This document shows, piece by piece, positions 48,989 through 58,848 of a stretch of DNA of 64,000 nucleotides. This DNA is from a bacterium (GTDB lineage: Bacteria > UBA10199 > 2-02-FULL-50-16 > JAJFLM01). The stretch spans positions 896,001 to 960,000 of the forward strand of contig CBDCFN010000016.1 in assembly GCA_965216315.1 (NCBI GenBank). Direction: 5' to 3'. Below the pieces are notes generated by a model, which saw nothing but the letters and a program-made list of their open reading frames with translations, did no database searches and was not told where the DNA came from. A program made the position numbers and the translations under genes. The number at the start of each line of letters is the position of its first letter. Position 1 is the stretch's first letter.

Positions 48989-51471
48989 CAGCCCGCTGCT
49001 TTGAGATGCTCTCCAGGCTGAGCGCCCGCGCGGCCGACATACTCTTCTTGAGAAAAGTCATCGACCGTAATGGCGTCATAGCGCAGCTCTTCGGCCGTCT
49101 TGAGGACGGCCGCTTCTTCCTGGTTGATGACATTGGCCTTAATCGCCGCTTCGACCCGAGCTGCACCTTTGATTTTTGGCATCTGCTTGGTCTTGATCGC
49201 CTTACGGATCTTGCGGTCGACGGCCGCAGCCTCTTGAATGGCCTTGAAGGCCCGCTCTTGCCTAATTAAGGCTTCCTCAACGTTCTCCATCGGCGGGAAG
49301 TACATGCCTTCCGCGAAACGATCACGTTGTTCACCATCTCGTTGGCTGAGATCGGCGATAATATGGGTGATCTTATCGGCGACTTCAAAGCCTAAGGAGT
49401 TCATGCGTGACCAGGTACGAATGACGCGTTTGAACAAGAACTTGATCGGAAAAGGTCCTCCGATATTCTTAAAGATCCCATCGAATGCCTTTTGGATCTC
49501 AAAGCAGGCATGTTTCAGGCAGAAGTGCACGAAGGGGAGATCTTCCTTGCGTCGGCCTTCCGCCTCGAAACGACGAAGGACGGCAAAGCCTAAATACATC
49601 CAGGATAGAATATCGGCAAAACGTCCGGTAATCATCTGGCGTGCCTTCAATGTGCCACCGAGCATGCCCATGGCGACATCCGCCATGATTGCAAAGGTGG
49701 CCGAGGCCCACGCCAGTTTTCGATAGTATTGAGCGGTGGGACCACTGACGGGGGAGGCAACCAAACGTCCACGGGTTACGCTCAGCAGCACTGAGCGGAA
49801 CAAGTTGCGACTCACGTGACCGACATGGCCCCAGAAGGCCTTGTCAAAGCCGGCGAGATCCTTGTTCTCGAGCGTAGCCACTTCCTGATAGGCGTAAGGG
49901 TGAGCCCGTAACGCCCCTTGACCAAAGATCATCAAGGTTCGGGTCAGGATGTTAGCCCCTTCGACTGTGATGCCAATCGGTGCGGCGATGTAGTTGTTCG
50001 CTAAGAGATTGCGGGGTCCACGCGAAATAGCCGCACCGGCCACGACATCCATCGAGTCGGTGAGGGCCTTACGCATCAGCTCCGTCGATTGATATTTGAG
50101 CATGGCGGTGATGACAGGAGGCTTAATGCCCTTGTCTAGGGCCCCGCAGGTAAACTTACGGGCGGCTTCGAGGAGGTAGTTGTAACCGGCAATTCGCGAG
50201 AGAGGTTCTTCGATGCCCTCGAACTTACCGATCGACATGCCGAACTGCTTTCGAATGGTTGCATGATTGGATGCCGTTCGATTGCAGAGCTTGCCGACAC
50301 CGGCGCTTTGTGCGGGTAGCGAGATGCCGCGCCCGGCTGACAGACAATCCATCAACATGCTCCAGCCTTTGCCGGCGTTTTTGACGCCACCTACGATGCA
50401 TTGTTCGGCATCGACGATGACATCATGTCCTTCTGTCGGGCAATTATAGAAGGGAACACCAAGAGGATCGTGACGGCGGCCCAAGACAACACCCTTTGTG
50501 CTACCCGGGATGAGGGCGCAGGTAATGCCGAGGTTTTCACCCTTGCCGAGGAGATTATCTGGATCGCGGAGTTTGAACGCGAGTCCAACTGTCGTCGAGA
50601 TCGCAGCCAAGGTGATCCAGCGCTTCTTCCAGTTCAGGTTAATCTTAAGGCGTCCGTCATCTCCTTTAAAGAGAATGCCGTTAGAGGTGATCGCGCCCGC
50701 GTCACTCCCGGCCGTTGGTTCGGTCAGGGCAAAGCAAGGAATCTCTTCGCCAGTTGCCAGCTTGGGCAGTAAATCTTTTTTCTGTTCATCCGTACCATAA
50801 TGGATCAGCAACTCTGCAGGTCCAAGTGAGTTGGGGACCATGACCGTTACGCAGGCCGCCGTCGAGCGCGAAGCGAGTTTCATAATGACCTGACTATGAG
50901 CCAGGGCGGAAAAACCAAGCCCGCCGTATTCCTTCGGGATGATCATGCCGAAGAATTTTTCGCGGCGGATGATATCCCAGGCTTCATCCGATAATTCACG
51001 GGTCTTCCAGATCTTCCAATCATCGCATGCGTTACAGAGTTCGTTCACGGGGCCTTCCATAAAGGCATTTTCTTCGGCAGTAAGATCCGGATAGGGTTCT
51101 TTTAACATGTTCTTGAAATTGGGTTTTCCGGAGAAGAGATCTTTCTCAACCCAAACAACGCCTGCTTCAAGTGCCGTACGTTCCGTCTCCGAAATGCGCG
51201 GCATGATGGGCTTCATGATTTTTGCGACCCAGGAGGTAACTAAGAGGCGTCGTAGTGGGGTCACATTGAATATGAACGCAAGGCCGAGAAACGCATAGAT
51301 GATCGGTAATGGCGTACCAAAACCAATCAGCATGGCCGTGATGGCGATGCTCCAAAGAATCAGTCGTGCTCCAGTATAACCTAGAATTAGCACGACAAGC
51401 GCTGAACCGACGGCATACCAAACGGTATGCGCTTGTAGAAACCAGCCATGATAGGGATTAAGAAACTCCAC
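48988..51471 (-). CDS. fadE: Acyl-CoA dehydrogenase FadE (long type)
   Basis: VMVPNSLGPAELL, CFALTEPTAGSDA, GRGISLP, ITVEGANILTR, VDDF. Confidence 0.95.
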   Translation of the reverse strand: MEFLNPYHGWFLQAHTVWYAVGSALVVLILGYTGARLILWSIAITAMLIGFGTPLPIIYAFLGLAFIFNVTPLRRLLVTSWVAKIMKPIMPRISETERTALEAGVVWVEKDLFSGKPNFKNMLKEPYPDLTAEENAFMEGPVNELCNACDDWKIWKTRELSDEAWDIIRREKFFGMIIPKEYGGLGFSALAHSQVIMKLASRSTAACVTVMVPNSLGPAELLIHYGTDEQKKDLLPKLATGEEIPCFALTEPTAGSDAGAITSNGILFKGDDGRLKINLNWKKRWITLAAISTTVGLAFKLRDPDNLLGKGENLGITCALIPGSTKGVVLGRRHDPLGVPFYNCPTEGHDVIVDAEQCIVGGVKNAGKGWSMLMDCLSAGRGISLPAQSAGVGKLCNRTASNHATIRKQFGMSIGKFEGIEEPLSRIAGYNYLLEAARKFTCGALDKGIKPPVITAMLKYQSTELMRKALTDSMDVVAGAAISRGPRNLLANNYIAAPIGITVEGANILTRTLMIFGQGALRAHPYAYQEVATLENKDLAGFDKAFWGHVGHVSRNLFRSVLLSVTRGRLVASPVSGPTAQYYRKLAWASATFAIMADVAMGMLGGTLKARQMITGRFADILSWMYLGFAVLRRFEAEGRRKEDLPFVHFCLKHACFEIQKAFDGIFKNIGGPFPIKFLFKRVIRTWSRMNSLGFEVADKITHIIADLSQRDGEQRDRFAEGMYFPPMENVEEALIRQERAFKAIQEAAAVDRKIRKAIKTKQMPKIKGAARVEAAIKANVINQEEAAVLKTAEELRYDAITVDDFSQEEYVGRAGAQPGEHLKAAG

Positions 51472-51548
51472 GATCGACCTCCTGGGATGACGTTATGCGT
51501 TAATTCCATCTCTACAACTAAACTAAAGCGTCGAAAATGGGAAGAAAA

Positions 51549-51566
51549 AATGAATGAGCATTCATT
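51549..51566. promoter_or_regulatory. TetR/FadR-like operator upstream of fadE
   Basis: AATGAATG-AG-CATTCATT, a perfect 8-2-8 palindrome. Confidence 0.6.
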
Positions 51567-51638
51567 CTTTTACGGCTAACCTATATTTATTAAATAATTA
51601 CAATGAGTTAAAAATTAAAGTGTGACTGAGATCAGGGC

Positions 51639-51665
51639 GCAACATTATCCTGATCAGGTCGACAA
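51639..51665 (+). promoter_or_regulatory. sigma28/FliA-like promoter
   Basis: GCAACATT-N11-GTCGACAA, 7 nt before ATG 51673. Confidence 0.55.
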
Positions 51666-51672
51666 TCAAATT

Positions 51673-52083
51673 ATGTCGGGTCCATCTGGGTCAATAGGGC
51701 GCCTTACTGCCAGCGCGATTCCCCTGCTTCTGGAGGCCAGTTCTGACCTGCGGGAGTTTGCGGTGCAGCGATGGCTCTTTACTTCATCCTTTGTCGAAGA
51801 CCGGCAAACAGTGATTCACAATTTGGCCCGCCTTGCCGGTGCCACCACCGCTGTCAATCTTCACTCCCTCTCGGCCCAGGCACGCCGTATCTGGAGCTGC
51901 TTGAGAAGCCAAGACGCCGATGCGCGTTCTTTTATTCGTATTTCTCAGCATTTATTCAGTGCCGTCTTAGATGATGCGGAAACTGTCAGGCAGATAGCCA
52001 ATTCCGAGCGGGCGCTCAGTTGGTTCAGTCAGAGTTTCCTCGAAGAGGCAGTGCATTCCTTTAATGTTGTTCCAAGAAACTAA
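51673..52083 (+). CDS. Hypothetical protein (orphan)
   Basis: 136-aa ORF filling the gap; no domain recognised. Confidence 0.5.
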   Translation: MSGPSGSIGRLTASAIPLLLEASSDLREFAVQRWLFTSSFVEDRQTVIHNLARLAGATTAVNLHSLSAQARRIWSCLRSQDADARSFIRISQHLFSAVLDDAETVRQIANSERALSWFSQSFLEEAVHSFNVVPRN

Positions 52084-52933
52084 GGATGGCCTGCGCCAAT
52101 GCGTCCGGTTGCTCGTGATGGATCATATGACCTGCGTCTTTAATGACGATATGTTTGGCTGATGAAGGAAAATGTTTCAGTCTTTGCTCGATTTCCTCCT
52201 CTAAGTTATCACCTTGATACATGGAAGCTCCAAAACGACTGAGCTGGCCGGTTACGAGTAGGCATTGTGCAGTAATGCGTTCCCAAAACGGATAGATATT
52301 ATTCAATTGGAATAGGTATGGGTGGAGCCATTTGTGCCGTGGATCCGCGGCTATCTGCAACCCTTCGCTGGTTTGCGAGGTGATATGTTGCGCGAGAAAA
52401 AGAGCTCGATCTAACGGTAGCCGGGGGTTGGTCTTGCGCAGCCTAGCGGCGACACTCTCGATATCGGGATAGATGCGAAAAGCATGCGCTTCCATTGTTT
52501 CAATCCATCGCCGGATCCGTTCGGGCCCTTCGGATGCCGGCATATCTTTAATGCCAAAACCTTCAATGTTGGTGAAGTGGCTTATGCGTTCCGGAAAAGA
52601 GCCGGCATATAATGAAAGGATGTTGCCACCCATCGAGTGACCTATGAGTTTGAGTGTCTCGCCCGGGGCCAGAGACTCGAAGAGGGTGTGGGCATCGGCG
52701 ATATACTCATAGAAAAAATAACCGAGTGCCGAAGGGGTATGTTCCGTGTGACCCATGCCTCGAAGGTCGGGCGCAATGCAGTAATAATGTTCCTGGAGCT
52801 GCCGGCAGACGAAATCAAAGCTGGCTCCCATATCCATCCAACCATGAAAAAGAAAGAGTTTAGGCTTGTCGCTTTGACCCCATGTGTGGATGCGATGCTG
52901 CAAACCATTTATTTCGATCTCCATTATATCCAT
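52061..52933 (-). CDS. Alpha/beta hydrolase
   Basis: HGWMD, APDLRGMG, GHSMGG nucleophile elbow, AGHMIHHEQP; the start could be 52960. Confidence 0.92.
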   Translation of the reverse strand: MDIMEIEINGLQHRIHTWGQSDKPKLFLFHGWMDMGASFDFVCRQLQEHYYCIAPDLRGMGHTEHTPSALGYFFYEYIADAHTLFESLAPGETLKLIGHSMGGNILSLYAGSFPERISHFTNIEGFGIKDMPASEGPERIRRWIETMEAHAFRIYPDIESVAARLRKTNPRLPLDRALFLAQHITSQTSEGLQIAADPRHKWLHPYLFQLNNIYPFWERITAQCLLVTGQLSRFGASMYQGDNLEEEIEQRLKHFPSSAKHIVIKDAGHMIHHEQPDALAQAILSFLEQH

Positions 52934-53002
52934 GGCTTTTGTGACTCCATAGGCAAGCATTTCTTGATTTGTAAACCGATATTAAAGTAAAGTAGCTCCC
53001 TT

Positions 53003-54058
53003 ATGGACTTGTCTAAACTGATTAATACGAATGTGACCGGGTATGTGGATGTCCCGTCTCCGGATGATCTTCATGCCGAATTGCCGGCTCCAGACGAGAG
53101 TTTGCAGACGACTCTGGATGCCCGCAACGCCATTCAGAATATCCTGGATGATCAAGATAAGCGCCTTTTTATCGTTGTCGGCCCGTGTTCTATTCATGAC
53201 GTCGAAGCGGCCCTCGATTATGCGGGTCGACTCAAGAAAGTGGCGGATCAGGTTCAAGAGACCTTAATTCCAGTCATGCGGGTTTATTTTGAGAAGCCAC
53301 GAACGACTGTTGGATGGAAGGGACTGATTAACGACCCGTTTATGGATGACTCGTTTCACATTGAAGAGGGGCTGAAAATCGCGCGCCAACTCTTAATCGA
53401 TGTGACGAAGACAGGACTGCCGACGGCGATTGAAGCGCTGGATCCGGTCACTCCGCAATATTTTGCAGAACTGATCAGCTGGTCGGCCATTGGCGCCCGC
53501 ACCACGGAATCACAAACGCATCGTGAAATGGCGAGCGGGCTTTCGATGCCGGTTGGATTTAAGAATGGCACGGATGGGAAGATTGAGGTGGCGATTAATG
53601 CGATGAAATCGGCCTTAAGCTCACATCATTTTCTCGGCTTTGATTCAGGGGGGCACATTGCCAAATACGCGACGCGCGGGAATGCCTACAGTCATATTGT
53701 TTTAAGGGGTGGCGATGACGGACCTAATTACAGTGCTGAGAATATAAGCGAATGTGAAGCCGCCCTGCAGAAAGCCGGTTTGCGCGACAAAATCATGGTG
53801 GATTGCAGCCACGGCAATTCCCGTAAGGATTTTAAGAATCAACCGCAAGTCTTCAGGGATGTTATTGATCAGGTGCTTAACGGCAATCGAGCTATTTGTT
53901 CGATGATGGTTGAGAGCAACATTCATGAAGGTAATCAGAAAATTACCCAGGATCTTAAGCAACTCAAGTATGGAGTTTCAGTCACGGATTCGTGTATTGG
54001 TTGGGAAACGACTGAAGAGCTCTTGCTTGAGGCACATGAGCGGCTCAAATCAAGATAA
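53003..54058 (+). CDS. aroF: Class I-alpha DAHP synthase (AroF/G/H type)
   Basis: GPCSIHD, RVYFEKPRTTVGWKG, IGARTTESQTHRE, VDCSHGNS, SVTDSC. Confidence 0.93.
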   Translation: MDLSKLINTNVTGYVDVPSPDDLHAELPAPDESLQTTLDARNAIQNILDDQDKRLFIVVGPCSIHDVEAALDYAGRLKKVADQVQETLIPVMRVYFEKPRTTVGWKGLINDPFMDDSFHIEEGLKIARQLLIDVTKTGLPTAIEALDPVTPQYFAELISWSAIGARTTESQTHREMASGLSMPVGFKNGTDGKIEVAINAMKSALSSHHFLGFDSGGHIAKYATRGNAYSHIVLRGGDDGPNYSAENISECEAALQKAGLRDKIMVDCSHGNSRKDFKNQPQVFRDVIDQVLNGNRAICSMMVESNIHEGNQKITQDLKQLKYGVSVTDSCIGWETTEELLLEAHERLKSR

Positions 54059-54060
54059 AA

Positions 54061-55311
54061 TTATTGTGGTCGAATTAGCTGAGCCATGTCTGTGCCCGTT
54101 GGGTTCTGGAATACTTTGAGTCCAAATTCACCTGTAACCGCCAACAGATGATCAAAGATATCCGCCTGGATATTTTCATAGTTGGACCAGGCGGTATCAT
54201 TACTAAAGCAGTAGATTTCGATTGGAAGCCCGGTGGGTTCCGGTTTTAAGTGGCGGACGATCAGCGTCATGTTCTGGTGAATTTTGGCGTGGTTTTTCAA
54301 GAAATTTAAGATGTACGCGCGAAAAACACCAATGTTTGTCATCTTGCGTCCATTCACTGGTTCAGCTGTATTGATTTGGTGAGTTTTATTGTATTCGGCG
54401 ATCTCTTGTTTTCTCTTTTGAATATGCGTTTGGAGGTAATCAATCCTGGTAAAGCGCTCGATTTCCTCAGGAGTGCAGAATCGTATGCTGTTCATATCGA
54501 TATGAAAAGATCGTTTGATGCGTCGGCTACGAGATTCAGACATTCCCCGCCAGTTTTTAAAGGAATCCGCGACGAGCGAGTAAGTGGGGATGGTCGTTAT
54601 GGTTTTGTCCCAGTTTTGAATTTTGATGGTCGTCAACGAAATGTCTAGTATCTCGCCGTCGGCACCGAACTTGCTCATCTCAATCCAGTCACCTTTACGC
54701 ACCATATCATTGGCCGCGAGCTGAATGCCGGCGACGAATCCTAAGATGCTGTCTTTGAAGACCAAGATGATAATGGCGGTCATGGCACCGAGTCCCCCGA
54801 GGATACCGAGGGCGGACCTATTGAGTAAGGTTGCTAGGACGAGAATAGCGCCAACGACCGTCGTGATTATTTTCAATACTTGAGCATAGCTCTTGAGTGG
54901 TTTTTGCCGGGAGATATCGGTTGTTTGATAAATGCTAAGACATGCACTGATGATGGCATTGATGACCAATAAGCCAACCAGGACCATGTAGGCGATAGCG
55001 GCTCGCTTGATCCAGTCAACGATGTCTGGAGATTTAGGAAAGGGGAGGGGGGCGAGCGAGTAGATCAAGAGTGCAGGGACGATGTGGGCCAGGCGTGCAA
55101 AGACATTATGATTAATGAAGGCATCATCCCAATGAGTCTTGGTCCGACGCACAACAGCGCGTATGGATCGAACCATGATGCGATTTGTAACAATATCAGC
55201 GATGATCGCGACGATCAGGATGCCAACGACGACAGTCAGCACGCTGATTTCGTGTCCGAGTTTCGCAGGAAGGCCCAACGCCAGTAATTTCGTTTCAATA
55301 TACTTCAACAT
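54061..55311 (-). CDS. Mechanosensitive channel, MscS family (YbdG-like)
   Basis: FKDSILGFVAGIQL, GDWIEM, NWDKTITTIPTY, FKNWRGM, TNIGVFRAY, FQNPTG. Confidence 0.92.
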   Translation of the reverse strand: MLKYIETKLLALGLPAKLGHEISVLTVVVGILIVAIIADIVTNRIMVRSIRAVVRRTKTHWDDAFINHNVFARLAHIVPALLIYSLAPLPFPKSPDIVDWIKRAAIAYMVLVGLLVINAIISACLSIYQTTDISRQKPLKSYAQVLKIITTVVGAILVLATLLNRSALGILGGLGAMTAIIILVFKDSILGFVAGIQLAANDMVRKGDWIEMSKFGADGEILDISLTTIKIQNWDKTITTIPTYSLVADSFKNWRGMSESRSRRIKRSFHIDMNSIRFCTPEEIERFTRIDYLQTHIQKRKQEIAEYNKTHQINTAEPVNGRKMTNIGVFRAYILNFLKNHAKIHQNMTLIVRHLKPEPTGLPIEIYCFSNDTAWSNYENIQADIFDHLLAVTGEFGLKVFQNPTGTDMAQLIRPQ

Positions 55312-55371
55312 GAGTCGGGGGGTCTTCTAGCATATTTCTTTCGAGGGAGGGAAGTGCGAATTGCGGTAACG

Positions 55372-55608
55372 CTAATCGTCACCGGTTTGCTCTTTGTCAA
55401 TCATGCGTTTGGCGCGACGTAGTAAGAATTGATTGGCGGCATCTTCGCTTTCGAAATCGCCCACTTTGACGGTGCCGACGTTTTTTCTTTTGGTATCCGG
55501 GCCTTCATTGCGGGGGCCCCACTCGCATTTGAGGACGCCGGCACGGGATTCGTAGAGAAAAATGCGGTTTTCACGATAGATTGTTACCGGTTCTTGTTCA
55601 GATGACAT
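55372..55608 (-). CDS. Small hypothetical protein
   Basis: 78-aa ORF with GAGGGG SD. Confidence 0.5.
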   Translation of the reverse strand: MSSEQEPVTIYRENRIFLYESRAGVLKCEWGPRNEGPDTKRKNVGTVKVGDFESEDAANQFLLRRAKRMIDKEQTGDD

Positions 55609-55838
55609 CGTAGTGCTTCTCCCTCTCAGGTCATGAAAAAAGCAATTTATACTAGTGAGGCGCTAGGATCTATCAAATTATTTGTCTTTCACGCTGCGTT
55701 AGTGCACTGCGTAAAATCGTTGATATAACTGGGTATTATCAATGACGCACCCGCGAATCCCTATAAATAAAGGCTTTGCTGTTTGTAGGGGTTGTAAAAT
55801 AGCGTAAAATAAGGACAAACGCGTTTAAGGAGGTAACT

Positions 55839-56249
55839 ATGAATGCTGCCGCATTTAAAAAAGCGTTCCTGTTTGGGCTCGCTGGTACGGCCGTCCTGAC
55901 GGCTTTCACTTATCTGGCAGGTTTCATGAAGCTTCCACATCCCGACTATCATGGCATGATTGCCGGCTGGTTTAGCACCGGCGCCACCTTATCTTGGGTG
56001 GTCTATTTTGCCTTTGGGATCGTGTTGGCTTACGTCTACAAAGGCTTCCTCGCCGCCCACTTACCCGCTGATTCCTGGAAGAATGGAATTGTCTATGGCG
56101 TGTTGCTGTGGGGACTCGTTCAGTTCGTGTTGATGCCTGTGTTTGGAATGGGCTTCTTCTCGGGCGGGATGCTCACTGCCTTTGGAATGTTGCTAGGCAA
56201 TGCCTTTTATGGGGCCATTGTCGGCTATCTTTACGCGCACTCGAAGTAG
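55839..56249 (+). CDS. 4-TM membrane protein of unknown function
   Basis: SD AAGGAGG; four hydrophobic segments. Confidence 0.75.
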   Translation: MNAAAFKKAFLFGLAGTAVLTAFTYLAGFMKLPHPDYHGMIAGWFSTGATLSWVVYFAFGIVLAYVYKGFLAAHLPADSWKNGIVYGVLLWGLVQFVLMPVFGMGFFSGGMLTAFGMLLGNAFYGAIVGYLYAHSK

Positions 56250-56268
56250 CGTGTTGCGTTCCCAACTC

Positions 56269-56305
56269 AATCGAGTCGGTCACCTTAGGGGCCGGCTCGA
56301 TTTTT
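56269..56305 (+). terminator. Rho-independent terminator (possibly bidirectional)
   Basis: AATCGAGTCGGTC...GGCCGGCTCGATT followed by a T-run, between convergent genes. Confidence 0.7.
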
Positions 56306-57080
56306 ATGTATCAACTCCATCGACATGATGATCCAAGACGGGGATAGCGCTGCGCATTTTGTTGACCAGTTCAATCTTCAGAGTACTTCCTAACACAACC
56401 TCTCGATCCGCAGCATTACAAAGCTGGGTTCCATCGGGCGCCCAGATGCCTGATTGCCCGCCGAAGAAAATATCGTCAGTAGCGGGACCAATCCGATTAC
56501 ACAAAACGACATAGGCTTGGTTTTCAATAGCGCGCGCTTTCGCAAGATCGATCATGTGGTGACAACGCTCACGAGGCCATTGGGCCGAGATAAGAAACAG
56601 AGTCGCGCCTTCAAGGGCACTTTGACGATACATGCCTGGAAAGCGGAGATCATAACAGATACTGAGATTCGTGCACCACGTTCCGATTTGCGCATTAACG
56701 CGTTGCTTGCCGGCGCAGAAGCGTTTGTCTTCGTCCATAGAGGCAAAGAGGTGGACCTTGTCGTAATGGATCGGTTGTGACCCGTCAGGGGACAGTAATA
56801 GGAAGCGGTTGAAATAACCGCCATGACCATCACGGACCACATAGCTCCCACCAATCCAGGCGCTGAGTTGCTGACTCAGCTCCTGGATCTGGCGAACAAT
56901 ACGGTCATGGTGCTGACTCACATAGCTGGGCCAGGATTCATGATGATAACCGGTCGTCCAGAGTTCGGGGAGGAGGTAGAGTTGGGCTTTGCCATGGGAC
57001 CGGATGAGTTCCTCGGCGTGGATCTGGTTGGCCTCAGGGTCACCGTCTTGACCCTTCATCTGGACAATGGCGACATGCAT
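56304..57080 (-). CDS. Carbon-nitrogen hydrolase (omega-amidase YafV/MtnU-like)
   Basis: Triad motifs LPELWTTGY, YDKVHLF, ICYDLRFP; ARAIENQ. Confidence 0.9.
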   Translation of the reverse strand: MHVAIVQMKGQDGDPEANQIHAEELIRSHGKAQLYLLPELWTTGYHHESWPSYVSQHHDRIVRQIQELSQQLSAWIGGSYVVRDGHGGYFNRFLLLSPDGSQPIHYDKVHLFASMDEDKRFCAGKQRVNAQIGTWCTNLSICYDLRFPGMYRQSALEGATLFLISAQWPRERCHHMIDLAKARAIENQAYVVLCNRIGPATDDIFFGGQSGIWAPDGTQLCNAADREVVLGSTLKIELVNKMRSAIPVLDHHVDGVDT

Positions 57081-57200
57081 GGTCTAGCTGTAACGTAAAA
57101 GATCAAGCGTTACAATTAGAAATAAGTGCTAATGCGCTGATAAATATCGTGATTTGCGCCATTGACGCATTAGTCCGGATAGACCATAACCACAACCATT

Positions 57201-57746
57201 ATGCGGCGAATGGACCTTGTTAAACAGCTTGAAACTCACCCATCTTTTGATGCCACTGAGGCGAAGAGTGTTCAACGGGCAAAAAATTTTGTAATGGCTC
57301 ATAAAGATTGTTTTGAGCGGTCTCACGCCGAAGGACACGTAACCGGCTCTGCTTGGTTGCTTGATCCTAGCGGAACGCGTGTCCTGCTGACGCATCATAA
57401 GAAACTCAATAAATGGATCCAGCTTGGCGGGCATGCGGATGGCAATCCCAATATATTGCAAGTCGCCTCGCGAGAAGCTCATGAAGAATCGGGGCTTGCT
57501 GATATCATCCCCTTGTCGGAGCAGATCTATGATGTCGATGTTCATTGGATTCCGGAGCGCCCTGGAGAGTCTGGTCATTATCACTATGATATTAGATTCA
57601 TTCTACAAGCCAAGTCTTCGGATTCTTTTCGCGTAAGTGATGAATCCCATGATTTGGCATGGATACACCAAGACGATATGAAGGGCCTTGAGTTGGAAGA
57701 GTCGATTATGCGTATGTATCGCAAATGGTTGCGTTGGAATCCCTAG
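57201..57746 (+). CDS. NUDIX hydrolase
   Basis: GHVTGSAW, GGHADG...ASREAHEESGL, HYDIRF. Confidence 0.92.
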   Translation: MRRMDLVKQLETHPSFDATEAKSVQRAKNFVMAHKDCFERSHAEGHVTGSAWLLDPSGTRVLLTHHKKLNKWIQLGGHADGNPNILQVASREAHEESGLADIIPLSEQIYDVDVHWIPERPGESGHYHYDIRFILQAKSSDSFRVSDESHDLAWIHQDDMKGLELEESIMRMYRKWLRWNP

Positions 57747-57781
57747 TTTAAGGAGTGGGTATGCAGCGAGGACATGGAGTG

Positions 57782-58414
57782 ATGTCGGATCAAGAGACAC
57801 GTGAGCTCATATGCGAGCTATGCCGCGATTTTTATCGGCTCGGTTGGGCGAGCGGAACAGGCGGTGGCATTTCGATTAAACGAAGTGGGCAGATTTATAT
57901 GGCATCGAGTGGCGTCCAAAAAGAGCGCTTGAGTGTCGATGATATTTTTGTCTTGGATGAAGAAGGTGTCATTATGCAGCCGGCGCGGGCAGGTCTCGAG
58001 CTTTCTGAGTGTCACCCCCTCTTTATGAATGCCTATCAGATAAGAGGTGCGGGGGCCGTGTTGCACAGTCATTCCATTAATGCCGTTCTTGTGACTTTGC
58101 TTTATGAGGATGCTTTTAAAGTAACGAATCTTGAGATGATGAAGGGGATCGACGGGGTCGGTGTATTTGATACGCATGAAGTTCCGATTATTCCCAATGC
58201 GGCGCGGGAAGGGGAGCTTTCAGGTGCGATGGCGGCCGCAATGCGCGATTATCCAAAGGCGCAGGCTGTGCTCGTGAAGGGCCATGGGGTCTACGTGTGG
58301 GGTAAAGATTGGGTGCAGGCAAAGACGCAGGCGGAGTGTTATGATTATTTGTTTCAGGCGGCGGTGATGATGAAGCGGCTGGGACTTGATCCTTCATCAG
58401 GAGGTCAGTCATGA
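57782..58414 (+). CDS. mtnB: Methylthioribulose-1-phosphate dehydratase (APIP-like)
   Basis: GWASGTGGGISI, SGVQKERL, SECHPLF, HSHS, HGVYVWG, AECYDYLF. Confidence 0.93.
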   Translation: MSDQETRELICELCRDFYRLGWASGTGGGISIKRSGQIYMASSGVQKERLSVDDIFVLDEEGVIMQPARAGLELSECHPLFMNAYQIRGAGAVLHSHSINAVLVTLLYEDAFKVTNLEMMKGIDGVGVFDTHEVPIIPNAAREGELSGAMAAAMRDYPKAQAVLVKGHGVYVWGKDWVQAKTQAECYDYLFQAAVMMKRLGLDPSSGGQS

Positions 58415-58848
58415 AAATCAGTTGGCTGAGTGATGGTAGCGAAGTGATATCCGATGAACTGAAGAAAGTCGGTATTGTTGCGGACTGGATTGATCCTAAT
58501 CTGGGCGTGTATTTGGACGTGATAGAAGGCTGGAAGCAAAAACGCGATTATGCGGCCCATGACGAAGTGAAACTAACTTCTGATACACCTAATTTGGCAA
58601 CAATACTAGATAATTTCAAGCGGGAGCATCGGCATACGGATGATGAAGCCCGCTATATTGTCTCCGGTGCCGGCATTTTTGATATTCGTTCGGCTGATGA
58701 TCGGTGGATAAGGGTTGAGGTCGAGTCAGGAGACTTTGTCATCGTTCCCGCAAATGTGTATCATCGTTTTAAATTAACAGCTAGCCAGCAGATCCATGCG
58801 GTAAGGCTTTTTAAAGAAAATCCGTCTTGGCAAGCGATATTTCGATGA
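58411..58848 (+). CDS. mtnD: Acireductone dioxygenase (cupin)
   Basis: EHRHTDDEARY..G.GIFDIR, PANVYHRF, AVRLF. Confidence 0.92.
   Translation: MKISWLSDGSEVISDELKKVGIVADWIDPNLGVYLDVIEGWKQKRDYAAHDEVKLTSDTPNLATILDNFKREHRHTDDEARYIVSGAGIFDIRSADDRWIRVEVESGDFVIVPANVYHRFKLTASQQIHAVRLFKENPSWQAIFR

Noticed and set aside
51514..51537. Fifth sigma28-like site ACAAC...GTCGAAAA
   Set aside because: The spacer is 11 nt instead of 14 and no convincing ORF follows.
55720..55742. TTGATA-N11-TATCAA as an Fnr box
   Set aside because: The spacer is far longer than the 4 nt required, so it is left unassigned.
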